From: a virus | Taxonomy: Duplodnaviria; Caudoviricetes | IMG/VR virus record: IMGVR_UViG_3300001765_000038 | Coordinates: 1 to 64,000 of that record | Direction: 5' to 3' (one strand) | Length of the DNA stretch: 64,000 nucleotides | Shown: positions 9,309-17,725 of the stretch, in pieces | How positions within the stretch are numbered: the stretch's first letter is position 1 | Layout: every line of letters begins with the position of its first letter | Notes under the pieces: generated by a model | What the model saw: only the letters and a program-made list of their open reading frames with translations | What the model was told of the DNA's origin: nothing | Databases searched by the model: none | Position numbers and translations under genes: made by a program

Positions 9309-9908
9309 CTATTCCTTAATTTTCTTTGCGACAAAACAATTAGACATTGTTCTGAATATTTCTATCTTATCTGAAAAAACATTTGCGAATGAATCTATTG
9401 CTAATTTTGGTCTCATAGTTAAACTATATACGTTTTGATTCCATAGGTAATCATCACACATAATTACTCCGCCAACTTTTAGCATATTGAAACCTAAAAT
9501 ACAATCATTTAAAACATCAGGTGCTTGATGAGAACCATCAACATATATAAAATCATATTTAGCATTTTGCTGTTGCAACTGACATAAACAATCAATACTA
9601 TTTCCTCTTAAATGGGAAATTTGATCTTCCTTACCACTTTCATTCATATTATATAAAAACGTTTCATAGATTTCTTCAAAATCAGTACCATCATGTTCAA
9701 TACCACCTTTCCAATTATCAATACACATGATTTTAGATTCAGGGTTAGTGCAATAAACATCTAGAAAATAAGTAGTAGAATAACCTTCATATGACCCAAT
9801 TTCAAGAATGGAAATAGGTTTTCCTTCCCATCCTTGAGTTTTTTGAATCATGAATAAGGTGTCAACCTTATCAGTGAACCAATTGATTGTGAACTTAAAG
9901 TTACGCAA
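9309..9908 (-). CDS. Class I SAM-dependent methyltransferase (Methyltransf_24-like)
   Basis: ILEIGSYEG, CIDNW, YDFIYVDGSH, LKVGGVIMCDDY. Confidence 0.88.
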   Translation of the reverse strand: MRNFKFTINWFTDKVDTLFMIQKTQGWEGKPISILEIGSYEGYSTTYFLDVYCTNPESKIMCIDNWKGGIEHDGTDFEEIYETFLYNMNESGKEDQISHLRGNSIDCLCQLQQQNAKYDFIYVDGSHQAPDVLNDCILGFNMLKVGGVIMCDDYLWNQNVYSLTMRPKLAIDSFANVFSDKIEIFRTMSNCFVAKKIKE

Positions 9909-11382
9909 TTTCTAGTTCCTCTATCAATTGATCAAGTTCATTCAATGGTTCATTCCAAAACTTTGGTGTAACTTGTCGAGCAAGACGTAAATTATCACCA
10001 TACCAACTCACCTTCTTACCACCCTCTGCCCAAATATAATAATCCATGATAGGAACAAATACGATTGTTTTCTTCCCAAGTGCTGCTGCCGCATGAGCAA
10101 TAGAAGTACATGAAGTAATGATCAAATCTAAATTGTTTAAACATCCCAAGGCGTCTTCAAAATTCTCTAGTTTGTCATGTAAAGGTGTGATATTCGGATA
10201 TTGTTCAAGTCGTTCCAAATCATAATCTCTTTGAATTGAATAAATGTCCCATCCTTTATCTTCAATCTTTTTCATCAACCCTTCCAATGGGAGGGAACGG
10301 TGCAGATCATGTTCATATAATGGGTTGCCGGACCAACGAATACCTACTCTCAATTTACCATTATTGGGTAAAATTTCTTTCCATTTCTTATCATATTCTG
10401 GATCAACCGTCAAATAGGAACCGTCCCAAAGATCAGGAAAATCAACATTACATACTTTAGGCAGATTCATTGCAGGTGTCCAAAAATCGAAATCCATAAT
10501 TTGTGGAATATCTGTGGTAAATTTGCGATAGTTGAAAGTAGTTTCATAAGGCATTCTGGATAATACTGTATCCAGTTTCTGACAAGAAGCAAATGATGCT
10601 TTCATCCCCATTGCATTAATATGTTTGACGAATCGAGCATTAATAATTTCATCACCAATACCACCTTCACCTACAATGAGAATATGTTTGCCTTTATATT
10701 CTTTACCATCCCATTCGGGGATTGGGAACCTATGTGTATATGAACCCCAAATTCTCAATTTACGTCCAATTGACAAATAATCCATGCCTGTACGCAAATC
10801 ACCATGACGAATATAATGTGCACCCATATTAAATTGGATTGCCAATGCGTTTCTTTCATCAAACTTCCAACTTTCATTATTCAATTCTTTAAGAATTTCA
10901 AAACCTTCTTCTTTTTTATTACATGCATATAATGCAGCAGCAAGGTCAAGTTTAACATCAACCTTTTCTGGATTCATTTTAGCTACCATCTCAAATGAGT
11001 TTTTTGCTTTAATAGGTTCATTACCATTGAGATAACATTTACCAATGTTGTATCTAACCGATGTTTTTTCTTGTGGTGATGATGCAGCACCTACTGCCAA
11101 TTCACCATATTTTATAGCAGTTCTATAATCTTTGGCTTTATAATAGGCATAACATAGCAAATCATATCCCATAAGATTTTTAGGTATAATTTTATCCTTA
11201 GATAATTTACCGAACACTGTTTTTGTGAGTTCGAAATTTTCTGTTCTATTGAACAAATCAACAATTCTATGTAACGCAGCAAAATCATTTAGTGTGTCAT
11301 TTTGTCTGCCAATCATTTCTTCATTGATTTCATTGGCCGCTGTTGTGGGAACCATACAATTATTATCTACACAATTACTCAT
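9901..11382 (-). CDS. TPR-repeat protein fused to a GT9-like (GT-B) glycosyltransferase
   Basis: N-terminal TPR helices (YNIGKCYL, LDLAAALY); GEGGIGDEI, GIRWSGNP, DLIITSCTSIAHAAAALGK. Confidence 0.85.
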   Translation of the reverse strand: MSNCVDNNCMVPTTAANEINEEMIGRQNDTLNDFAALHRIVDLFNRTENFELTKTVFGKLSKDKIIPKNLMGYDLLCYAYYKAKDYRTAIKYGELAVGAASSPQEKTSVRYNIGKCYLNGNEPIKAKNSFEMVAKMNPEKVDVKLDLAAALYACNKKEEGFEILKELNNESWKFDERNALAIQFNMGAHYIRHGDLRTGMDYLSIGRKLRIWGSYTHRFPIPEWDGKEYKGKHILIVGEGGIGDEIINARFVKHINAMGMKASFASCQKLDTVLSRMPYETTFNYRKFTTDIPQIMDFDFWTPAMNLPKVCNVDFPDLWDGSYLTVDPEYDKKWKEILPNNGKLRVGIRWSGNPLYEHDLHRSLPLEGLMKKIEDKGWDIYSIQRDYDLERLEQYPNITPLHDKLENFEDALGCLNNLDLIITSCTSIAHAAAALGKKTIVFVPIMDYYIWAEGGKKVSWYGDNLRLARQVTPKFWNEPLNELDQLIEELEIA

Positions 11383-11950
11383 CTTTTATCACCATCCATG
11401 TAAATTTAACATCAACAATAGTATTATTCAATTCACGAAGCATTCGTTGAAATTGAGCTTCTTCTTTTGATCCTTGTTGCATACCTTCTAACATTGGTTG
11501 ATACATTGGATCAATATTGAATTTATAATCCATGATCTCAAAATCAATATCATAATACAACCCTAAACGACTTGAACCATCTTCAACCTCTATACAGTAT
11601 TTATTGTGAGATTTACTGAACAATCTCATACCTTCAATAGTAATTGGGCGGCGATGAGTTGGGTCATTCATAAAACAATCATGTCGATGATGTGGCACAA
11701 CTACTTCAATTACTGCATTGGGTTTACAAACACGATATAGTTCTTTAAGAAAGATAAAGAAATCGGGATCACCCAAATGCTCGAACAAATGATGAGAAAT
11801 GACAGCATCAACAGAATTATCTTCCCAAGGCCAATCTGGTTTACTTAAATCAACAACAAAATCTGGATCACACTCCTTATCAAAATCAACATTTAAATAT
11901 CCATCAAAATGTTTGTAACCTGCTCCAAGATGTAGTTTAATTCCACTCAT
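11375..11950 (-). CDS. Class I SAM-dependent methyltransferase (Methyltransf_11-like)
   Basis: KLHLGAG..FDGYLNVD, DL...WPWEDNSVD, HLFEHL, ELYRVCKP, DPTH; start taken at the second Met (ORF track starts at 11956). Confidence 0.85.
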   Translation of the reverse strand: MSGIKLHLGAGYKHFDGYLNVDFDKECDPDFVVDLSKPDWPWEDNSVDAVISHHLFEHLGDPDFFIFLKELYRVCKPNAVIEVVVPHHRHDCFMNDPTHRRPITIEGMRLFSKSHNKYCIEVEDGSSRLGLYYDIDFEIMDYKFNIDPMYQPMLEGMQQGSKEEAQFQRMLRELNNTIVDVKFTWMVIKDE

Positions 11951-12731
11951 AATCATGCCACTCCTTCTTCCAATTAGTAAAATTTGTTGTTAAGTCATTC
12001 GGTGATTCATTTTGATAAGACATATGATATGCTACAGAGGGTATTGGCGAAAAACAAGCTATCGGCCCACCATGTCTGACCAAATTTGTGTAAAGTTGAT
12101 TTATAGTATCATGCTCTTTAACTTTTGGATAATTTAATGCTAAATTCTCAAATATTGGCCAAAACGTCTGTAATGTGTTTTTGTGAATCATCATTGTATT
12201 AGCAGTATAATGAGTAGTTTTCCAATAACGCTTTTCAAAATAAAATAGCATAGTAGGTTCAATCAAACCCGGCCAATATCTGTGCGGACTATCAAATGGA
12301 GTTATAACCATTGGGTTAAATTTGTGATATTGAATTGCTGGTGCCGATTGAAAAAAACTAGTCATTGTTGAAATAGAATCAGCAGTATGAAAATAATCAT
12401 CCTCAATAAAATATATAAATTCTTCTGCTTCTAATCCATGTTTGAATTGCATATACGCAGAATGATTAAATCCCGTTTCTTCAAGATTAATTATTTCATA
12501 TGGATGAAAAAGTTTTTCTGCTCTTTCTTTCAATTCAACAAGAAATTCTTCTGATGAGTGATCGTCTAAAACCTTTATTTTAATATTGTGATATGAATTA
12601 TTACATGCTTTAAACACTGAATCTGCACATTTTAAAATCATGTCTTTGCGATCATCTGATACTAAACGTGTTTGACCGTTTTGTAATGCTCCTGATCGAT
12701 CACATGTTCTAAGTATTACATCAAGTTTCAT
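11937..12731 (-). CDS. Putative GT-A fold glycosyltransferase, paralogue of 7949..8758
   Basis: VILRTCD, VLDDHSS, IYFIEDDYFH, SPIPSVAYHM; likely start MKLDV at 12731. Confidence 0.7.
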   Translation of the reverse strand: MKLDVILRTCDRSGALQNGQTRLVSDDRKDMILKCADSVFKACNNSYHNIKIKVLDDHSSEEFLVELKERAEKLFHPYEIINLEETGFNHSAYMQFKHGLEAEEFIYFIEDDYFHTADSISTMTSFFQSAPAIQYHKFNPMVITPFDSPHRYWPGLIEPTMLFYFEKRYWKTTHYTANTMMIHKNTLQTFWPIFENLALNYPKVKEHDTINQLYTNLVRHGGPIACFSPIPSVAYHMSYQNESPNDLTTNFTNWKKEWHDYEWN

Positions 12732-12738
12732 AATGTTA

Positions 12739-13362
12739 TTACTCCATTTTCTTAAAAATAGCACTCAATATATTAGGTAAACCATGCAGCGTTCCCCTAA
12801 TTTTATCTTCATATGAAGACATTTCTATCAATTTAAAATTACTCTTATAAAACAAATTAGCTAAACCAACTGCACTAAAATGATGTCTATGTTCATTTGG
12901 TTTACGATGTTTCCATGTCTCAAATTCTTTGCCCTCATAATGATTCCATGGCACCGATATAGATATATATCTACATTTTAGTTGATTCAAAATGTTGTTT
13001 AAATCTACCTGCGGAAAATGCTCCAAAGAATCAAAAAACGATACAATATCCACCGCCTCATTTATGTTTTGAGTGATCGTTATCTCTTTGGGTAACTCAT
13101 ATCCAGAAATATCATATCCAAAACATATTTTATCATGTTTTAAACAATATTTCAAAAAAGATCCGTTGCCATATCCAACATCTAAAATAGATTTAAATTT
13201 GATATTTTTTTTGATAAATTCATATCGAAGCTTAGACATGTCATCAACCATTGCATAACGATCATACACATCATGCACATAATTATAATCATATTTTATA
13301 TCACCGGTTTTATTTGTTTGATATAACCAACCCGGCAAAATTTCTTCATATTTTTCTTTCAA
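12739..13362 (-). CDS. Class I SAM-dependent methyltransferase
   Basis: SILDVGYGNGSFL, FGYDI, FFDSLEHF, ISISVP, HFS motifs. Confidence 0.85.
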   Translation of the reverse strand: MKEKYEEILPGWLYQTNKTGDIKYDYNYVHDVYDRYAMVDDMSKLRYEFIKKNIKFKSILDVGYGNGSFLKYCLKHDKICFGYDISGYELPKEITITQNINEAVDIVSFFDSLEHFPQVDLNNILNQLKCRYISISVPWNHYEGKEFETWKHRKPNEHRHHFSAVGLANLFYKSNFKLIEMSSYEDKIRGTLHGLPNILSAIFKKME

Positions 13363-14503
13363 TACAGTACCTCACATAATTTGATGCATCGTCAATGCAC
13401 CCAATCCAATCACCAATTTTATGTTGGGGGAAAACATGCACATTTTTAAACCACGGTTTATTTGACCAACACATATAAGGGCGTTTTGGTGCAATAACAA
13501 TAGTATGTTTTCCAAGCGCTGCTGACATAACAGAAACTGAAGTTTCATTTGTAATCACAAAATCACATCTATCAAGCATTGCTAAAGTGTCATCCCAATT
13601 TTTATATTCAAACTCTAACATTTTTTTAGGAGTTTCAACTGGAAAATCTGAAATAACTTCTTTATGTAGTGATACCAAATTACCAAACGATACAAAACTA
13701 GATTCCAAATAACTTAACGGAGATATAATTGATCGAGGAGTGTCACCATGCCATCTCATTCCAATTAAAGGTTTGTCATTAGGTAGCTGATATGTTATGT
13801 TTTTATCTGATATTAAATATGGAGAGGTATCGGGTTTGTTTATATTTAATCTAATAGGCAATGAAAATATATCAATCCAATAATCATGTTCAACTGGCGT
13901 TGTATATGAAGATATTGACACATTAAAACATCTTTTAACTATATCTTTAATTGATTCTGAACATGCCACAACAACATTACATATTGATAATAAAGGGCGA
14001 ATAAAATTCAAATATATGATTTCATCACCATACCCTGCTTCAGTAAGAACTAATAACGTTTTACCCGATATATTTTGACCATTCCAATATTTTTCTTCAT
14101 CATATCCATAAGTTTTGTATTTGAATAAATTTGCTTCATTTTCTAAATTCTTACTTGTATGAGTTCTCGCTACACCATATTTGTGATCATTATATAATTG
14201 AGCATGTAAATGACTTATATCAGAATAATTTTTGAATGCCTCTAAATGGTTTCCCATAGAATGATTTAAAAAATATAATGCACTCAAATAATCACTTTTA
14301 GATAATTTAGAATATGGTAAAACTTTTTGTAATAGTGACATATCATTAAGTTCAAGTATGTAATTAATTAAAATTCCCCATTGTTCTTCATTCAATTCTT
14401 CTTCAATAGGGAATTTTAATATTGATAAAACATTATTTGCATACTCGAAATTTTTTATAACAATTGCATTTACAACCAAACTAATCATCTCATATGTTTC
14501 CAA
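13346..14503 (-). CDS. Helical/TPR-like domain fused to a GT9-like glycosyltransferase, paralogue of 9901..11382
   Basis: YWNGQNISGKTLLVLTEAGYGDEI, IGMRWHG, DFVITNETSVSVMSAALGK. Confidence 0.8.
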   Translation of the reverse strand: METYEMISLVVNAIVIKNFEYANNVLSILKFPIEEELNEEQWGILINYILELNDMSLLQKVLPYSKLSKSDYLSALYFLNHSMGNHLEAFKNYSDISHLHAQLYNDHKYGVARTHTSKNLENEANLFKYKTYGYDEEKYWNGQNISGKTLLVLTEAGYGDEIIYLNFIRPLLSICNVVVACSESIKDIVKRCFNVSISSYTTPVEHDYWIDIFSLPIRLNINKPDTSPYLISDKNITYQLPNDKPLIGMRWHGDTPRSIISPLSYLESSFVSFGNLVSLHKEVISDFPVETPKKMLEFEYKNWDDTLAMLDRCDFVITNETSVSVMSAALGKHTIVIAPKRPYMCWSNKPWFKNVHVFPQHKIGDWIGCIDDASNYVRYCIERKI

Positions 14504-15264
14504 AAATCAAGTTTTTCGTACTCATTGAATACATCAGGGGGAAGAATAGTTGGACGTTCTTTAAATTCTACTGTTTTACGAACATGATGTAGTCCTTTAA
14601 TATTCATGTCTGTGTCAAATTCATCGTATTTAGTATCTACGTTATTAAAATCGTGCTCATACCAATCTTCACCAATAAAATCGTAAAGTTTTCTCATAAT
14701 CACTTTTGGATTTTTTGCCAATTGATCATATTGAATAATGTGGAGATTTTTATTAGCGGCACCAAAAATTGCTTGTTTTACACCGTTATATGCAAACCCG
14801 ATAAAAGCATCTGGTTGTAAAAGATATGATGTTCTTGAATATACAGATACACCATGTCCAGGCGGAAACATTAATGGCACATCATATGGATTTTTTGCAA
14901 ATAGTTGTTCGAAAGAATCTAATACCCATGGAATAGATCTAATGCAACAAATTACTTTTGCTTGTGGATATAAATCTGACAATAAAGGTAAAAGATAAGT
15001 CCAACCTCTGTTGGTATCAAAAGCAACTTCATTTGAAGTGTTGTAATAGGTGCTAATTACATTATGAATTAATTCTTTTCGTTTTTCAGCTGGACATTGA
15101 AAACGATAACCACCTTGTGATTGTGATTCTTCAATAATGGCACGAGTGAATCGTGCCACTGGTCCTGAAATGGACGAAGAAAACTTAGGATTTTGTCCTA
15201 AAATAGACGATAAAAGTGTTGTTCCAGAACGAGGTAATCCTGATATAAAATGTATTTTTTTCAT
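14485..15264 (-). CDS. Sulfotransferase
   Basis: HFISGLPRSGTTLL 5'-phosphosulfate-binding loop, KVICCIRS, IIQYDQLAKNP, LYDFIGE. Confidence 0.9.
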   Translation of the reverse strand: MKKIHFISGLPRSGTTLLSSILGQNPKFSSSISGPVARFTRAIIEESQSQGGYRFQCPAEKRKELIHNVISTYYNTSNEVAFDTNRGWTYLLPLLSDLYPQAKVICCIRSIPWVLDSFEQLFAKNPYDVPLMFPPGHGVSVYSRTSYLLQPDAFIGFAYNGVKQAIFGAANKNLHIIQYDQLAKNPKVIMRKLYDFIGEDWYEHDFNNVDTKYDEFDTDMNIKGLHHVRKTVEFKERPTILPPDVFNEYEKLDFWKHMR

Positions 15265-15298
15265 AATATCTCCAAAGTAAAAATTTCAATTCACATGT

Positions 15299-15306
15299 TA
15301 TTTATA
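15299..15306 (-). promoter_or_regulatory. Perfect T4 late promoter TATAAATA upstream of the glycan-modification cluster
   Basis: Plus-strand tatttata in the 47-nt gap, 35 nt upstream of the sulfotransferase ATG; GGAG RBS at about 15269-15272. Confidence 0.8.
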
Positions 15307-15311
15307 CCGAA

Positions 15312-17495
15312 TTATCCAGCAGCCATAATCACCCAATTTGTACCATCTGATACTAACGTAACCCATTTGCCTGCAGTTGCTGGTAAAATATCTGTGCCAG
15401 CAGTTGTGTTATTAATTGGCACAATGTTAGATGCAACAGAAACTACTGTGAATGCAGCAATAGTTTTAATTATAATTTCTCTGCCTGTAAATGTTGCAGC
15501 TGCTGGCATTGTTATATTAATTGTTGCTGTACCATTACAAACAATTCTATCTTCTGTTATCGCTACAGTAAAATCACCAGTTTTGGTAACAGGAGCATTT
15601 CGTTTTAATGCACCTATGATTGTTGTTGTAGTTGATACAGTACTACCCAAATTAATATTAGTTGTACTACCTGCAGATCCTGCAGTACCTATATTGATTG
15701 TCTTTGTGCCACCAGTATCAGCTGCAGTCAATAAGTTAAGTGTTCTGCTTGTTGTGCCAGCAGTTGTATAACCAAGATTAAGGGTTGTGTTTGTGTTTGC
15801 ACCAATACTGAGTGATGCTGCATCGGTAATACCAGCAGCAGTGCCAGTAATGTTACTATCTAAGAATGCGATTGTTTTTGCTGCACCATTATAAAATGTT
15901 AATGCACCTGAAACATTCCATAAATCTCCGTTTGTAGTTGTTGTGCTTGTACCGCTTGGTAAGTTTATTGATGCTACAGCACCAGATGGTGTAGCAAATG
16001 TTTGTTTAACTGTAAATGCAGTTGATGCATTATGTGTAATAACAGTACCTGCAGCTGTAGCAGGGAATGTATAAGTAGTAGCAGAACCAAATGATAATGT
16101 AGCATCATTAGTGTTAGTAGTCAATGATGTAGTTAAAGTTAACGATTTGCCAGTTGTTCCATCAATGGTCAATGATTTAGCAGAACCTGCACCGACAATT
16201 AGTGTTGATCCTGTATAACCATCAAAAGTTAATAATTTAGCAGAACCTGTACCGACAGTTATTTTAGAACCAGTAAATCCATCAAATGTAAGTGATTTGG
16301 CTGATGTTGTACCAACTATCAATGTTGAACCTGTATAACCATCAAAAGTTAATGTTTTTGCTGATACTGTTCCCACATTTAATCTTGAACCTGTATATCC
16401 ATCAATTGTAAGAGATTTAACACCACCAACACCGACGATCAATGTTGAACCTGAATATCCGTCAAATGTAAGTGATTTTGCAGAACCTGTTCCAATGAAT
16501 AAAGTTGAACCTGAAATACCGTTAAGTGTTAAAGTTTGAGCAACGGTTAATGTTTTGCTTGTTACGCTGAATGCCAATGTTCCACCATTTGTTGAAACAA
16601 CAAAATTACCTGCTAATGATAAAGTGCCCGTTGTAAAAGATAAAGCATTTGGTGCTGTTGCTGATACGGCACCATTCACACCAAATGTTGCAACTCCACT
16701 TGTGCCAATGTTTGGTAATTTAACACCACCAGTAATCGTTGTGTTAAGTCCAACCTTACCCATGTAAATATCAGCATTTGATCCAATATTAACTGTTGTA
16801 GTATCAGCGCTTGTAAATAAATTTGCGGTAGAGTTTGCTGATCCAGAAGTAATTGATTGTACTGTATCGCCAACAGAACTTAAAACAATATCACCAGTGT
16901 TGACTGTTAAAAGACCGTTGACAGTTAAATCATCTGCTACATTGACAATACCAGTACCGTTTGCTGACAATGTTAAATTAGTGTCAGTTGTTGTAGATGC
17001 TAATGAATTGGCGAATAAAGAAGTAAACGTGCCGCCACTAGGTGCACCGCCACCAATTGGACCATTAAATGAAGAAGCAGTAATTGATGTAAATGTACCT
17101 GCTGCAGCTGTAGTGGCACCAATAACTACATTATTCATTGAACCAGCAGTTTGTGATGTAATAACAACAGCACCAGCAATCGGTGTTAATGAAACTGGTC
17201 CTTCTAATTTAGTAATTCCCTCAACATTAAAATTCTGTTTAATATTAAGATGCCCAGTAATAGTATCACCTGATCTTTTAACTTTTCTACTATTGAGATC
17301 ATTTAATGTTCCAGTAATAATATCTGCAAGAGGTAAAGAATAGTTATCACTTGAGTTTGGATATTCTACACCAGTATTATTAGGAGCGTCTGTTATATAA
17401 ACAGAACCCAAATCACCAATGCTATTAGAAATTTCATTGGTGATATTTCTCCACTGTTCGATTGTGTTAAATCTTGATACTGTTGGTTTTGACAT
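15312..17495 (-). CDS. Tail/whisker fibre-like protein
   Basis: N-terminal FNTIEQWRNITN attachment-type motif, Gly/Ser/Thr-rich beta repeats, C-terminal TMPAAATFTGREIIIK...LVSDGTNWVI fibre-tip-like domain. Confidence 0.7.
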   Translation of the reverse strand: MSKPTVSRFNTIEQWRNITNEISNSIGDLGSVYITDAPNNTGVEYPNSSDNYSLPLADIITGTLNDLNSRKVKRSGDTITGHLNIKQNFNVEGITKLEGPVSLTPIAGAVVITSQTAGSMNNVVIGATTAAAGTFTSITASSFNGPIGGGAPSGGTFTSLFANSLASTTTDTNLTLSANGTGIVNVADDLTVNGLLTVNTGDIVLSSVGDTVQSITSGSANSTANLFTSADTTTVNIGSNADIYMGKVGLNTTITGGVKLPNIGTSGVATFGVNGAVSATAPNALSFTTGTLSLAGNFVVSTNGGTLAFSVTSKTLTVAQTLTLNGISGSTLFIGTGSAKSLTFDGYSGSTLIVGVGGVKSLTIDGYTGSRLNVGTVSAKTLTFDGYTGSTLIVGTTSAKSLTFDGFTGSKITVGTGSAKLLTFDGYTGSTLIVGAGSAKSLTIDGTTGKSLTLTTSLTTNTNDATLSFGSATTYTFPATAAGTVITHNASTAFTVKQTFATPSGAVASINLPSGTSTTTTNGDLWNVSGALTFYNGAAKTIAFLDSNITGTAAGITDAASLSIGANTNTTLNLGYTTAGTTSRTLNLLTAADTGGTKTINIGTAGSAGSTTNINLGSTVSTTTTIIGALKRNAPVTKTGDFTVAITEDRIVCNGTATINITMPAAATFTGREIIIKTIAAFTVVSVASNIVPINNTTAGTDILPATAGKWVTLVSDGTNWVIMAAG
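16152..16511 (-). repeat. Six tandem 60-nt (20-aa) repeats in the fibre
   Basis: Consensus GSTLIVGTGSAKSLTFDGYT, six copies. Confidence 0.9.
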
Positions 17496-17518
17496 AATTT
17501 GCCTCTAATGTTTTTTAA

Positions 17519-17526
17519 TATTTATA
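17519..17526 (-). promoter_or_regulatory. Perfect late promoter TATAAATA upstream of the fibre gene
   Basis: Plus-strand tatttata overlapping the stop of 17522..17725, 24 nt upstream of the fibre ATG; AGAGG RBS. Confidence 0.75.
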
Positions 17527-17725
17527 ATGAAGATATTTTTTCGAGAACATCTTTAAGTGTTAATTTAATAACACGCACTTCATCTTCTAATTTTCTAATT
17601 TTCTCTTTCATAGATTCTTGTTCTATTTTTCCAGCATTCAAACGATTGCGTTCTTTAATATAGTTTTCATATTCTTGTTTATCAGAATTTATAACTGCAG
17701 TTTTAGTTTTTACTAGATTGTTCAT
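17522..17725 (-). CDS. Small coiled-coil protein of the type that follows the large DUF4815 virion protein in T4-like phages
   Basis: AVINSDKQEYENYIKERN followed by a heptad coiled coil; gene position. Confidence 0.65.
   Translation of the reverse strand: MNNLVKTKTAVINSDKQEYENYIKERNRLNAGKIEQESMKEKIRKLEDEVRVIKLTLKDVLEKISSL

Noticed and set aside
15250-17343. Plus-strand ORFs of 173, 70 and 148 aa over the fibre gene
   Set aside because: Val/Pro/Ala-rich mirror translations of a Gly/Thr/Ser-rich gene; no RBS or motif. The same applies to the other short plus-strand and alternate-frame ORFs in the track
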